Translations under genes and position numbers: made by a program
Shown: piece by piece, positions 38,157-58,500 of the stretch
Position numbering within the stretch: position 1 is the first letter of the stretch
Layout of the letters: every line of letters begins with the position of its first letter
NCBI RefSeq assembly: GCF_009914755.1
Contig: NC_060941.1
DNA: 64,000 nucleotides
Direction: 5' to 3' (one strand)
Source of the DNA: the human T2T-CHM13v2.0 reference genome, Homo sapiens
Notes under the pieces: generated by a model
The model's database searches: none
Told to the model about the DNA's origin: nothing
What the model saw: the letters and a program-made list of their open reading frames with translations, nothing else

Positions 38157-38625
38157 GCATGGATTGAACTGTGTCCTCCTAAAATTCACATATTGAATTT
38201 CTAACCCCTAGTACCTCAGAATATGACCTTATTTGGAAATAAGATGTAAACAAGATGCAGGGGTAATTACTCAAGATGAGGTCATGCTGGAGTAGGGCAA
38301 GCCCCTGATCTAATATGACTGGTATCCTTATAAACAGAAGAAATTTGGAGACACACAAGCACATGGGGAGAATGCCATATGAAGATTAAGGCAGGGATCA
38401 GGGTGATGCTTCTACAAATAAAAAACAACAAAGATTTCTGCTAGCAAACCATAGAAGCTAGGAGAGAGAGACATGGGCCAGATTCTCTCTCAGCGTCCTC
38501 AGACTAACCAATCCTGATGACACCTTGACTTCGGACTTCAATCCTCTAGAACTGTGGGAAAGTACATTTCTATTGTGTAAGCCCCCCAGTCTGTGATACT
38601 GGAGCAGCCATAGCAAACTAATAGA
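38157..38625 (+). mobile_element. MLT1 (MaLR) LTR
   Basis: gtacctcagaatatgaccttatttggaaataag ... gcagccatagcaaactaata. Confidence 0.75.
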
Positions 38626-38804
38626 AATTGTGGTATTAGTCTTCCCTTTAAAATTAATGTAACATGAACTAATTTCAAGAAAAATATTAAGTTTGCAGAC
38701 ATGGCAAGGATTGTGATTGTGAGACAGAAATGACAGAAGTTTGGACACCATTGCATTAGATGATTTTTAAGCATCTACAGGTCTCAGATTCAGATGCTAG
38801 ACTC

Positions 38805-39105
38805 TTTTTTTTTTTTTTTTGAGACGGAGTTTTGCTCTTTTTGCCCAGGCTGAAGTGCAGTGGCGAGATCTCAGCTCACCGCAACCTCCTCCTCCCAGGT
38901 GCAAGCAATTGTCCTGCCTCAGCCTCCTGAGTAGCTGGGATTACAGGCACCCACTACCATGACTGGCTAATTTTTTTGTATTTTTACTAGAGAGAGGGTT
39001 TCATCATGTTGGCCAGGCTGGCCCCGAACTCCTGACCTCAGGTGATCCACCTGCCTCGGCCTCCCAAAGTGCTGGGATTACAGGTGTGAGCCACCGCACC
39101 CAGCC
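38805..39105 (-). mobile_element. AluS
   Basis: Alu consensus. Confidence 0.85.
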
Positions 39106-39624
39106 TTGCTTCTACTTCTAGCATCTGTTCCAAGTCAAGTCAGGTGAAGGTTGAACAGACAGACTTGATATTAGGCATCATGGCATGACAGTGTTACCAT
39201 GTCCTTACTCCCCAGGTCATTCTGGAAATTAAAGGAGGTGAAGGGGAGCCTGAGTTTGGGGAAGAACGCAGGAACACTGCTTTACCCATTTCTCCAACGT
39301 AGCATTCCCTGAGTGGCTACTGATATGGTTTCTCTTCAAAGTACACCTGGATTGGGGGTTCCCTGGGGACAAAGGTAGGGCATCTCCTTGTGTTCCACAT
39401 TCTCCCAAATAAGCAAGAGCTCAGTGTAGCTTCAGCCATAATCACAGGCCTTGTCATGCACTGTGACTGGCAATGGAAGATGTTGTACCCTTTGCTTTTC
39501 ATCCCCAAATCATCTGACTCTCCGAAGATCCTTTGATTATTGCACCATTCAGATGGCCAACGCCCATCAAAAGCTTGAAAAATTAACTAAGGATGGCTTC
39601 AAAAAATATGAATCAAAGAAATTA

Positions 39625-40201
<577 letters not shown>

Positions 40202-40712
40202 TCAAACTATGTAACCAATTCTGGTCTGATGCCCCTCAGTCATCCTGCTGTCGTGTGTACCAGGAGTGGGTTACAGGTGTGCAGAGCTTTGGAGCCCTTT
40301 GCCTCTGTTTACCCTATTTGTTGTGAGTGCTGTGATGAGACAAAGGTTGGAAGGTTACAAAGAACTGCTCCAAAGTGTTCTGTGTTTTTCCACCTCAAAA
40401 TCTCTGCTCATGAGGTTTCCTTCAGCTGGAATGTCTTCATGAAAATTTTGTTTAGAAACCTTCAAAGCTCAGCTCTAGCAACCAACTCTTCCACGACCCA
40501 TCTCCTCTCTCCCCTATTGCTTCAAGGCTCCCATAATTATTTGTACCTCTGCTCTAATAGTTCAAACATTTGGGGGTGCATCATGGTTCTTTGCTGAATA
40601 TTTTCAGAATATTATTTAATTTTTTTTCCCTCTGTTTTTTTCCCACCTCTCTCCCCCATTCAAGCTGGCTCTGCACTCCATGGCTCAGGAGAGACAGAAA
40701 ATAGGGCAAGAA

Positions 40713-40850
40713 CAGCTACTAGGGAGGCTGAGGCAGGAGAATGGCGTGAATCCGGGAGGCGGAGCTTGCAGTGAGCCGAGATCACGCCACTGCACTCCAG
40801 CCTGGGCGACACAGTGAGACTCCGTCTCAAAAAAAAAAAAAAAAAAAAAA
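40713..40850 (+). mobile_element. 5'-truncated AluY (right arm only)
   Basis: gaatggcgtgaa/ggagcttgca diagnostics; TSD aaaatagggcaagaa. Confidence 0.85.
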
Positions 40851-41840
40851 TAGGGCAAGAAAAGAAAAAGAGCTTGTAATACTTCCTGGATTTTGTTTTC
40901 CAAAAACCTAAGTCCTTAGGAAAACTTTGAGGGTTTCACAGAAAAGATAAAAGGAAGGAGTTTTGCTGGTATAGACCAAATTTTTTGAGGAAGGAAAGGC
41001 CTTCCACTCCACCACCCAAGACTAGAAAAAGAGAAACAGACACCCAAGGTAGCCAAAGGGGAGGTAGAAAAGTCTATGTATCCTGAATCTTTAAGGACTG
41101 GGACTTGTTTCTGAATAAATCCTCCAGGGAGGCTGTGAGTCCCCCGTGTAGTGCTGTGTAAGGTTCTGAAAATGTGACATATTCCTGAGGCGGTGGTGAG
41201 GGCACCCCAAGAGTGACTGAACACATTTTTCCCCAGCCCACTGAAAAAGGACTGGAATTAGAGGTTAAGTTTAATAACAAAAAATAAAAGCAAGGTCTCT
41301 CTCATATGCCTGAGTTTGTGAAATGAGATTCATACCTGCCATATACATCTTTGGGAAACTTTGGGAAAGCAGGTGCAGAGGTATGCTTATATTTGCAAAG
41401 CGATCAATGCTATGACCTAGACCTGGTGGATGTCCGGTAAGTACTGAATGGTACATGATAATTCTCCACATTAAGTGAGTCAATGGCTCCTGAGCTTCCT
41501 CTGTAGCAGCCACTCTGCAGCCCAGAGAGGTATAATTGGTCGGCCCATCCAGTATCAGCCTCTTCCTTAAATAGACCAACCTTTTCTGCCCTCACCTGCT
41601 GCTTTCCTCTAAAGCAAACACCACAAAACCCCTCAAAGCCCAAGTCCTTGGAGAAGGAAAGAGGCAAGAGTGAAGGTGCATGTAATAGCAGCTTTCATCT
41701 GCTACTTCACCGCAGAACAGATAAACTAAGTTTTGTTCTGTCTTCAGATTCCGAAGGACCAGCATGCAATTTCTAATATTCTACTCCAAAGAAAAATGAG
41801 CATGCCCATATTATCAAAGACATCTGTAATCAACACTCAC

Positions 41841-42044
41841 CCGGTCATCGAGGGTCTTGACTATGACTTTGTCATTTTCCCTAGTCTGGATCATGCCTTT
41901 CACATACATTTCCTTATTATCCGCTACAAAGCAGGCTTTCTTGGAATCGAATGGACGATTTTGAGCCTCGATTCTCTCCTTCTCTGGTTTCCGGAGGTAG
42001 GGAGCTGCTTCTCCAAAAATGGCCATTTCTGCGTCAGAGCTCAT
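41841..42044 (-). CDS. MYH13: MYH13 exon 3 coding part (MSSDAEM...KTLDDR); exon begins at 42056
   Basis: ATG at 42044, 204 nt, donor CGG|GTGAGT, acceptor cttcccag| 12 nt upstream of ATG. Confidence 0.97.
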
Positions 42045-42893
42045 GACTGCAGAGGGCTGGGAAGACCAGAGGGACTGCTGAGTCTTGTGCTTGGGTGACT
42101 GCTGAAGCTGCAGGGCCCCTACCCTTATTCTATTAAAACGGGGCCAGATTCAAAGGCTCCTAGATTGAACATAGGTCCTGAGGGATCTATGGCCAGGTCT
42201 AGGAGCTTAAAGTGTGCAAGTGGGAATAAGCTAAAGGGGATATTTTATTCTAACAAAAAAGTATGAAGGTTTTTTTTTTTATCCTCTGAGTGTCGATTTT
42301 GGGAATATTTTAGTTCAGTCCCATGTGTGCATGTCTGAATCAATTAGAGCCATGGTGAACTCAATAAAAGAGGCTTCAGGAAGCACTTTCTTTCTTTCTT
42401 TCTTTTGAGACAGAGTTTTGCTCCTGTCACCCAGGCTGGAGTGCAATGGCTCGATCTCGGCTCTGCAACCTCCGCCTCCCAGGTTCAAGCGATTCTCCTC
42501 CCTCCCCTCCTGAGTAGCTGGGATCACAGGTGCCCACCACCACACCCAGCTATTTTTTTTATATTTTTAGTAGAGAGAGGGTTTAACCATGTTGGCCAGG
42601 CTGGTCTTGAACTCCTGACCTCAGGTAATCTGCCCGCCTTGACCTCCCAAAGTGCTGGGATTACAGGCGTGAGCCACCGCCTCCATCCTAGGAAGCACTT
42701 TCTAAATCGCTCATCGTGTTTGAGCCTGTGATCTCAGTGTCAGTTTAAAATCTTAAGAATATTTGAAAATCGTCACTGGAATGCTGATAATTCTTAATAG
42801 ACATTTTGGTTAGCCCCGTGAAAAGTGAATGACTTGAACATGAAGATTTGTCACATTTGTTTAAATAACAAGATGATGGGAGGCAAAATGGCC

Positions 42894-43250
42894 CAGGGCA
42901 ATGGTCCCAAACTTTAACATGCCAGAATCCCCTTGAGGGGTTGTTAAAGCACAGATTACGGGCCCTATCCCCATGGTTTCTGATTCAGTAGGCCTGAAGT
43001 GGGGCCCAAAAATGGGCATTTCTAGCAAGTTCCCAGGTGATGCAGATGCTGCTGATCCAGGGACCACACTGAGGATGGCTGGCATAGTGCCTTCCTGTTC
43101 CCAGGGTGGTCCTTGAAATGCAGCAGCTTCATGCAGGACTTCATTAAGAAATGCAGAATCTCAGACCCACCCAAGATAATGGGATCAGCACCTGCTTTTT
43201 AACAAGATCCCCAGGTAATTTCTATGCATAGGAGATGGGGAAGTACTGGG
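42894..43250. mobile_element. Two adjacent MER5-family MITEs
   Basis: ttctgattcagtaggcctgaagtggggccc...aagttcccaggtgatgc and gaaatgcagaatctcag...aacaagatccccaggt. Confidence 0.65.
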
Positions 43251-43353
43251 CCTCTAAACTCTAAACGCGGTCTCTAAACTTTGTGCGTGGCGGTGTCAGG
43301 GTGTGACAAATATTGTTTAGTTAGATTAATACCCACCTTAGAACTTGCTGCAT

Positions 43354-43354
<1 letters not shown>

Positions 43355-43390
<36 letters not shown>
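43355..43390. repeat. (GT)18 microsatellite
   Basis: Read directly. Confidence 0.9.
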
Positions 43391-43393
<3 letters not shown>

Positions 43394-43873
43394 GGGCTGT
43401 GTGTGTGTAGGGGGTATTGGTCTCTCTCATCCCTTGTATCACTTTCTCCTAAACTATCTCCCTTTGCTGCCTTTCTTGCTCTTCTCTTTATGTATTTTTT
43501 CCTTCTTTTATGTAATGTATTGTCCCTGCTTAGAATGCAGAAAATTCATCTTAAAGTCCTAGCACTGATCAAACCACTTAAGCTCTCTGGTCCACAGCCT
43601 CTTCCCACTTATAAGGGAGAAGCCAGCCTCACTCCTGTCTAAGGTTCCCGTAAGTCCTGTGTGGACTGTTCCTCTTCTCAGAATTTGCTTCTCTCATTCC
43701 TCCTCGGCACCTCTTCCCTCTACTCCACTACCTATTTTCCTCAAGTCTCTTTCCTCTTTCCTTCCCTTCTCTCCTCTTTTCCTTCCCACTTAATTCTATA
43801 ACTGACATAAAATGGAGTCAAGTCATACACACACACACGCACACCCACACATATCTCTCCATATCTCTCTTAA

Positions 43874-44203
<330 letters not shown>

Positions 44204-44655
44204 TGAATAAGGTCTTTTATGTCCTCTTTTTATAGTGGGAAAGTTGAACATGTTATAGTTCTCTCCCCCATCTTAGCCTTTATGAAATTGCTCTCTTTAT
44301 TGGTAACTGGCCATTGTTGAAATATCCTTTCCTGTGATTCTGTGGGATTCTGTCTTACAGAAAGAAAAGCATCCACTTCCCATGGGGCCTTATTCAGATA
44401 AGTTGCATTTTAGTTATACTTTGTTCAGTGGCTCTGCTGAACCATCTGTGGGTTCATGGTTAGGTTTTCATAGTAAGGGACTGGAATTCAAATGCAGCAC
44501 CCACAAATAAGACTCTTGGCCTGCAGCCATCATGCTGGTTTAGAGTCTCTCAGTTACCACCTGGAGGATGAGAAAGAATTCATCCACATGGCTTTCTTCT
44601 CTCATTTCTTTGAAGATAGTCCCTAATGTAATGGCTTAGGTGGATTTCGCTACAG

Positions 44656-46279
<1,624 letters not shown>

Positions 46280-47439
46280 CCCTATTGCATAAGGGAATCC
46301 TGACTGGTTACAGGTTTACGACCTTATAATATGTAGCTTGACTTAGCGTTAAGCATGATACCCAAAAGTGTTGGAAGATGATTTACTTCAAAACCCTCTG
46401 CAACATAATCTCTATGGCTGGGACCAGGGAATCTGATTTTTTGATAAGGTCCTCAGAGAGATGTTTGGGAACTACTGATTTAAAGCATTACTTTGCTTGT
46501 ATGAAACTACTCTGTTTTTCTAAAGCCAAAACCATGGCACAGTCTCATTGCTTGTACACAAAATAATTTTAGGCAAATATTTCTTAATTTAATATTTGTA
46601 TGCTTATTTTAAAGCCTATTACCTTATTTTATCAAAATTTGCCATCAATTATAACTTCCACAAATAAAAAAATGCAGCTAATTTAAACTGCAATGCTTCT
46701 TTCATAGATTGTAATATGCATCCTCATTTCAGGGATAAATTTGTAAAAAATATAAAAAAATCAGAATTGATGGAAATAGGGTAATATTTGTTTAACACTT
46801 AGGAAGCGTGCTACATCCATGTATTCTATGATATAAATCAGTGTTTGTCAAACTTAAATGGGCATATGAATCCTACTGTGAATATTCACTAGGTCTGGAG
46901 TTGGGTTTGAGCTTTTAAATATCTTACAAATTTCTCAGCTAATGCTGATACAGCAAGAATATAAGGTAACTTTAAAAACAAATAAGAAAAGAAAATGAAT
47001 CAATGTAAATACAAATATTAAGTAAATTGACAGTATTGGTGTTAACATGGCTATTGCAAAACTTGTGATGGCAATAGGAGAATAAAGTCTGAAGTCAGGG
47101 AAAGGCTGCCATAGCTGATAGTTGAGCCATATTTTTAGTCCTCCTGGAAAAACAAGGCTTTTCCCTGTGGGCCTCACTGACAGTTTTCAAGTAGAGATTT
47201 TTTCTCCCTTCATTTACTCTAACCGTGACTCAGAACCCAGTATCTCCTAGTAGTATTACCTAGATGATGTTTGAGTTATCCCTCCATATTCCTGCAATGG
47301 TGCATCTAACCTAGTTGGATACTTTTAGGCACAACTCTTTTCCCTTTGATAGGCCAAAGATTCTTCTTGCTTTAAATTAAAATCTGGCTCTCCATTTGTT
47401 CTCCATTTGAACAGCAGAAAGAGTTCAAACCTTCCTACG

Positions 47440-47880
47440 TGACAACTCTTCACCCTTTTGATGGCTGTTCTGTGTTCTGCTTAGCTTTATCTTCTCCATG
47501 CTAAATAGCCTCAACTTCCACTGGTTCTTCTATGATGTGCTTTTGAATCCCTTACCATCTCAGTCACTCTTCCCTGAACCCACTCCTGTTAATCTTTTAA
47601 AGTGTGATATCCAAACCACATGTCACCCTCCACTGGAGTGTGCCCTCACCTCTCTTGACCTAGGTGTCATGCTTGAGGTGGTGATTGCCTGTTGGCAGCC
47701 ACGTCTCACACTGCTGACGCACCACTCCGTGTCGAGCAAAGCCCCTCAATCCTCTCCGTGCATGCAGTTGCTAAGTCAGATCTTCTCCCTATATTTGTGC
47801 AACTGTGAGTTGGGACCCAGGGGAAGACCATTCATTTTTGACTGATAAACTTCACCTTGTTAGATCTGACCCAAGTCTCT
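47440..47880. mobile_element. CR1/L3 fragment
   Basis: Resemblance to L3 consensus (tcccttaccatc...ttaaagtgtg...cttcaccttgttagat). Confidence 0.45.
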
Positions 47881-48712
47881 AGGCATGACTCATGCTGCCC
47901 ACTGAGCACCACCCTCTAGAGTTTCCTTAATTAGCCTCTTCTCTGTTCCAAGAGCAGGACCTGCTTCCAACGTTGCATAGCTGTGCCCCTTCAACCACTC
48001 TGTTCCTGTCTTTAAGGGCCTTCTAATTGAGATGACTACCCCCGCCTGCCTAATCTCCATCACCCACTTGTGAGGGCTCCTCTCTCTCTGTTTACCCTCT
48101 GTGTACCATGACACTACTCTCAACTTTCATCCCTCTCCTGGGAATTTCACCGCTACTGTGTCTTGTCAGCAATGATGTGCTCATGATTCAATGACAGCTT
48201 GGCTTTTTTGGTCCCAATTCATCTAGAACTACCTCTAATAAACACACGTTTTAAGGGGATAGGGTTTTTATTACCGCACCGGGCATAGGATTGAACGGAT
48301 CCCTCCCCATTCCTTCAGTATTACACGTGAGGGAAGGTGCAGCTGTGTGGATTCATGGGTGCAGACTCTGCTCAAGGAGCAGCAAAGTTAGCCTTTGTGT
48401 GAAGACTGCATTTGGACCCTATGAACATCATGTTCTGTGCCAACTAAGTACTGTGTATTGACTTGGAGCTTGTATGTCAAAATTCTGCATTATATTTCGT
48501 ACATTTCAGTGTAATGAGCAAATAGGAGAAGCCATTCTTCCTTTGGTAAAACCTGTATATATTTTAAAATCTACCTTTAAGAATAGTTAAGTTATTGGTT
48601 TCAAACTCATCAATTTCGTCTTCTTATGAGTGTGGCAAGAATGAGAACGTGTAAAATGATGTTTGCTAATTTCAATGATTGCATTCATGATCAAGCTGAA
48701 AATAACCCTTAC

Positions 48713-48763
48713 CTTCTTGGTTCCCAAGTGACAGTCAGTGTCCTTCAGGAATAAAGCGTCTTC
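48713..48763 (-). other. MYH13: MYH13 non-coding exon 2 (51 nt)
   Basis: Acceptor ttttttttctcaaattatccccag|GAAG and donor AAG|GTAAGG; sarcomeric MYH genes typically have two 5'UTR exons. Confidence 0.8.
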
Positions 48764-50482
48764 CTGGGGATAATTTGAGAAAAAAAAACAAACCAAAAAA
48801 ACCCAAATGAGCTACAAAGAGTTTAAATAAATATAGAAACCATGTTTGTTCCAGTTTATCTACCTTAAATAGATACACAGTAGATGGTGTGGAATGAAAT
48901 AAATTTGCTGTTTTGAATTTTTACTTTTGATTAAAATCATTATTCTTTAAATAGTTGGTTAATTACAACATTTAATTAATACTCTCTTGAGAAACTTCTG
49001 TGTGTACAATGTACTGTGTCAGCTCCTTAAGGGGGTATGAAGAGGAAAGTACAGTATCTGCCCTATAGGAATGCAAAAGTTAGTAAGGGATAAGAGAATG
49101 CTCAAGTAAGTCTTTGAACAGGATTAAGACAAATTTTTAAGGAGTCTAAACAAAGTACTATGGGAACTTAGAGAAACCGCTTCTGACTGGGGGGCTGTGA
49201 GGGGTCAGGGAAGAAAGAAAGTAGGGAGGGGAATGCTCCAGATTGCAGCTTGGATGCTTAGGGGCAGTCACCTTTTTTTGGCAATAGGAGAAAAGTTATA
49301 AATTGTGGACAAAGACTTCTTTATTCTCTTCAATGCTCTAAATTCCTCCTGCAGATGATGAAGGTAGGGCAGCTGAAAAGTCACCTGGGACTAAGGAATC
49401 TCAGCTCTAGGAGTTTATAAACTACGTGGCTATCTCAAGGAGGCATGAGTGTCTGAAAAATTTTCAATATCAAATTTAATCTAAGCAAACTTCCCAATTA
49501 CCATTCAGTGCTTTTATGGAGCCAGGGGAATATTTCATGAAGCCCTATTTAGGCAGGAACAGACACTTAGGATTTGGTTTACTATCCTTGTTGCCTCCTT
49601 CCTTCTCCGTCTTTAATGCATCTTAAATAATCTCCAGTTATATCCTAAAATTCTCACAATTTCTTAAAAAATTAAAGTATTACATACTATATTCTGAATC
49701 CTCAATTTAAAAAAATATGGAGGCAGAGCTACAGAAATTCTAATATCAGTTCTGTTAAGTAGCTGGTATGATTTCTTTGGGTTTCTGTTTCCTTCCGTAA
49801 AATGAATCAGATGCACCAGAAAATCTCCAAGATTCCTTTCAGCCCTATGAGTCTATAACAGACAGTTCTCCGTAGAGATGGTGGCCTGAATTCAAAGTAT
49901 CACAAATCTCTGAGGGATGCTATTGCACTGTCAGACACAGTCCAGTCCCAAGTCCATAAAATATGCCATGTGAGAACAGTCTGCAAACCAGTCAATTCAT
50001 ATCAGACTATGACACTTTGTAAGATGGGTAAGATGCTTGGGATTATTTCCTCCCACAACCATTTTTCAGAAATCCTGACATGGGAAACAAATTAAATAAA
50101 CATAAAAATTTCAAATAATAGCTTAAGCAATCACAGAAGAGATACCACAAGTTACCAAGTTAATTTGCTAACTGAACAGTATAACATTGACCTAAATAAT
50201 CAGAGGAGGAATCATGCATTATACTCAGTTTTGTTCTGCAGGTGAATATTTTTTGTCTTATAATTGCTTATATTCTTGTCTTTTCACCCCTTGTAAAAGT
50301 TTCTTGAAAGGCAGTTGTCTTGTCTTTCCATCTTGTCTCCAACCTTGCCCTCAACACAAGACCTTGCACTTAGTAGGCCCTCCGTAAAGGCTACTTTATT
50401 GTCTTCCCCCCTTGACTGGTAACCTGATCAGGTGCAACTATAGCTACGTGGAGCAAAAAAGTGAGCACTTGTGAGCACTTAC

Positions 50483-50510
50483 CTAGAGATGCTGCGGTCA
50501 CAGCAATTTC
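50483..50510 (-). other. MYH13: MYH13 non-coding exon 1 (5' end approximate)
   Basis: Donor TAG|GTAAGT at 50482; TATAAA about 30 nt upstream; no ATG. Confidence 0.8.
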
Positions 50511-50533
50511 AGGAGTGTGACCCCCCAGCTCTC

Positions 50534-50694
50534 TTTATACTCCCAAATCTGCCAGCCCAGCACTCTAACTTGGCTATATTTGGGGGAGCACCATTTACTT
50601 GTTAGATGTAAATGCGTCGTAGCCCTGATCTCTCACTCTTGTTAAGTTACTTGGATAAATGACCAGTGGAGGCTGCATAATGCCAAGTCAGCTG
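50534..50694 (-). promoter_or_regulatory. MYH13 core promoter: TATA box, CArG/MEF2-like element, E-box
   Basis: TATAAA on minus strand at 50534-50539; CCAAATATAG at 50574-50583 (one mismatch from both CArG and MEF2 consensus); CAGCTG at 50689-50694. Confidence 0.75.
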
Positions 50695-51164
50695 CATAGG
50701 GATTTTGACGTTGGACACAGATCTTTGAGACTTAGAGAGTCCTAGGGGCTGAGTGGAACTGGAGCAGAGTGTGCTAAGAAGGTCACTGAAGGGCAGAACC
50801 ACAGGATGCTTTGTCAAGCAATGGGTGATCAGTAGTGTGGACAGTAACTACACCTCATTTACCCAGCATTGGTATGGGATGGTGTGCTTCTCGTCTCAGA
50901 AATCTCTGGAAATTTAAGGTTGACCTTTTAACACATCCAGTCTTATTTATGTATTTGTTTGTTTAAAAATCTACTGGAAGAAAAGCTTTCCAAAATGTAT
51001 TTTACATTATCCTGCTCTGTGTAACCTACTATCTTGAATAGAATTTAAGTTTTTCTTGATCACTCTGGGGGTCTGGGAGATGATATAATAAAGTCATCAA
51101 GGATCTGGTTCTTAGTGGATCATGCCTGCACTAATTGTTCCTGCTGTGAATTTTGGTGTATACT

Positions 51165-52410
<1,246 letters not shown>

Positions 52411-52949
52411 CTTCCACAAAGTATTTTCTAAAGTAGATTTGACAGAATGCAGATTGGGAGGGTCGCTTCGAAATAAATGGTCCTGTGGTTAAATGAGCTT
52501 AAGAAATGTGTTAAACTCTATTCCCTCCTGTTAGAGATTCATCATAAATATTAGCATATTAAGGGATGTGAGAAGCCCTTCAGTAAAGAAATATGAATAC
52601 TTTTTTTTTAGACCTGGAACTTCCCTAGGTGATTTGATGTTGGAACACAAACTTATTTATTTCCTGTTCCAGAAAACAAGAGAGGAAAGGCTGAAGGACA
52701 TAATCCATAGCAAAGTTCTGGCCCAGAAGAAAGCAACCGAGAGTGATCAGCCCTAAGCACAGTTGCTTTTATTTGAGGTGCAGCCTTTTGCATGTAGCAG
52801 ATGCTCAGTAAATGTTCGTCCTGGTGAATAAATGAATCAAGATGACTCATAGGGGAGTCATCCTGACTCATGTGTTGAAAGGCCTGAAGTGATAAGAAAA
52901 GAATGGAATCAGACTCTGAGTTTCATTTAATGGTAATAATTAAGACTTA

Positions 52950-55598
<2,649 letters not shown>

Positions 55599-58500
55599 TC
55601 ATGGTTAAGTCATCATAGTTAAGTGTTTGCAGAAAAAATTTTTAAAAAATTGGTGTAAAATGAAGAGGGCCTCAATTACAGAGAATAAAAATGAAGTTCA
55701 AAAGGAAGGAGAGAAAACTCAAGAGGTCCCCTAAAGGCAGGACCCAAAGGGCTTTGATGACTGCCGAGTTTGGGGGGCGAGGAGTCGTCAAAGGATCCTG
55801 CCTGTCATGCAGACCTCATTTCAGCCTGGAATCTAGGGCCACGACACCAGCCCAGAGGAGACACTGAACTGGAGAAAGATGAGTGTCGATTTTGGACATA
55901 TTGAGCGTGAGATGATGTGGCAGAGATAAGGGTTCAAAGTTTAAAGGAGATGTCAAGGCTAGAGATGTCATCCTCTATGTTGGGGGATATCATTTGTCTA
56001 GAGGTGATAATTTAAACTCTTGTGAAAGTTTAGCGCTCACAGGAAGGCTAGGTGTTGCGGACATGGGAAGAGGAAATGAAAACAGAAAAGGAGGAAAAAA
56101 GTAAATAAAAATAAACGAGGTTCATTCTGCAAGTAAGCAAATACCAAGTGAGAAGCAGTAAGATCTTGCTGGAGTCAGAAGACCTGAGAGAGTCCCCAGC
56201 TTACTTCTGCCATTTTCTGACTGGGGTGAGCCCCCCTCCCTTCTCTTAGCAACTCTGGAGTCTTTCCCCTTCAGCTGCAAAATCAGAAAAAATTTTTCTG
56301 TTTCTGTCCAAGTCACGAGAATGATGCAGGGACCTAATGAAATCCTGTCTATGCCATCTAGATGTGGCTATCTCTGTGTGCAGTCTGCTTCTATCCCATC
56401 CCAAACTGTACATTTTCATGTCCACCCACCCTGACCTGGTCTCAGCATATAATCCACCATCCCCCAAAATCTAAATGAGCAATGCAGAATTTACCAAAGA
56501 TATTTTAGGGGAGACATAGAAGAGGATTATATTACATACCTCAGAATACATTATCTGTTTCCATCAGAAATGTCTGTTCTACAAAGTCCATTTTTTCTTT
56601 ACACTGATGCTGGATGTCTTTTCCTTTCTTCCTTTCAGGAATTTCTCTGCACCCCTAGGGTACTCAGTTGATCCTCTATTATGTGGAATCATTTAGCTCT
56701 GCCATAGACATGCATTTCTACTCTTCTGGTTACTCAGCAACATAAAAGTCATCAAATAAAGAAGACCACTTTCATCTTTAGAAACAAGTTTGGTCACCAC
56801 CTATTTTTATTCATATAGGCCCTTTTTCAGGGGGAAAGGGACTCATCTTTTTCTTTCTTTTTTTTACAGCTGTATTGAAGCATAATTGATATACAAAAAG
56901 CTATACACACTTAAGCACACAATTTTATGAGTCTGGACATATGCATGTACCATAATCAAGGTAATAGTCATATCCATCACCTCTGAGAGATTCCTTGTTT
57001 TGGGGTTTCATCATCTCTATTTCATCACTATTCCCCCAAGTCCACAGCTCCCACCCCACACTATCAGCCCACCTCTCTCAAACCTGAGAGGAGTTCTATG
57101 ACTGGAAATTTTCTTCAGTCTTATTACAAAATCATTTCGTCTACTCAAAAGTGAAGGTAACTTTATTATTAGTGTCAAAATAAGTCAAGGGAAGTGATAT
57201 TTTCAAGAGAGAGGCTATCATGAAGAGTGCTACAGAGAAGCTGGAGAAAGAGAGGACCAGGAACAGGGCATTGGATTGGCCAGGGAGGTGATCCTGACAG
57301 CAATGTCAGCAGGATGGTGGGGGTGGCAGAAGGGATTAAGGAATGAGCAGGTGTTAAGGAGGAGGAAAAAGTTTTTCTGATTTTCCTAGGGACACATCTC
57401 TTCACAAATCACTATTTAAGATGCTTTCAGAGGAAATGTCAATGTGGATAGCGCAGTGGGAAGAAGGAGGCAGTAGCAAGGCCAAATAAGACTAGGAAAA
57501 AAAGTGTGATTGAGGTCACTCCTCAGAAGGCTACTTGAGAAGAAAGGGCAATTAATTGTGCTAATAGTGGGATCATACCTCACCCCTTACAACTCAGGCT
57601 ATCTCAGGGCTTATGTAACAGATGAAATTTCAAAAAGCAGCAGGACGTTTTCCAGCCAGGAACAGAAATTTCTGAGTGAAAGTCACATTGGTGAATGGCC
57701 CCCATTCATATTTGAATTGCCTAACTAAAGATTTGAATGATAATATAGATTCTGGAACTAAAGGAGGCTTTGAATATTGTCTAAAGTAACTCCTACCTTA
57801 CAGAATCAGAAATTGAGGTTCTAGACAGTTTATCTAATTCATGCTAAGCATAAAATTAGTCCCCTCTCCATTCTACTCTCAAACTCAACAGAGCAAGTTT
57901 GGAACTCTTTCAAATAGAATATATAAACTTCTTCACTGCTGGTATTTATATACTGAAAATGTGCAAAGCAAAAAGTTCATAGGGGTTATCAAAAGCATTA
58001 TTTAAATTGATTATTAAATGTCAATGAGAAAAGAGACTTATCACAGTTTTGTAGGTGGGAAAACTGAGGCTTGGTGAGGATAAATGACTAACCATACGGC
58101 TAATAAGTGGCAGAGTGAGAGCTAAAACAAACATCTTTTGACTCCAAGTCCAGTTTGTATTTTCACTTGAAGACAGCTGCTTCTGGCTTTACAAGATCCT
58201 GTAAGACACTAATGCTATCAGAATTATACATGCTTCTCAGAATTACACATAAACTAGGCATCCTTCACCGAAAATAACATGAAGAGATTGTGTGGATGAC
58301 CTGAGAACATTGTGTTCAGAGAAAAAATCCTACCAGCTAGGTCTGTTCAGTAAACTGGAGACTTTCCAGCCTGGCTTCATAGCTTTGACTCATGTCTGTG
58401 AGAGTTAGGATCTCCTGCTGTTTGCTTCCTACCTTGGGGTCTATTTGCTGTGTTTTGGTTACTTCAGCTGCTTAAAACCTCATTAGAGCTAAGGAAAGCA

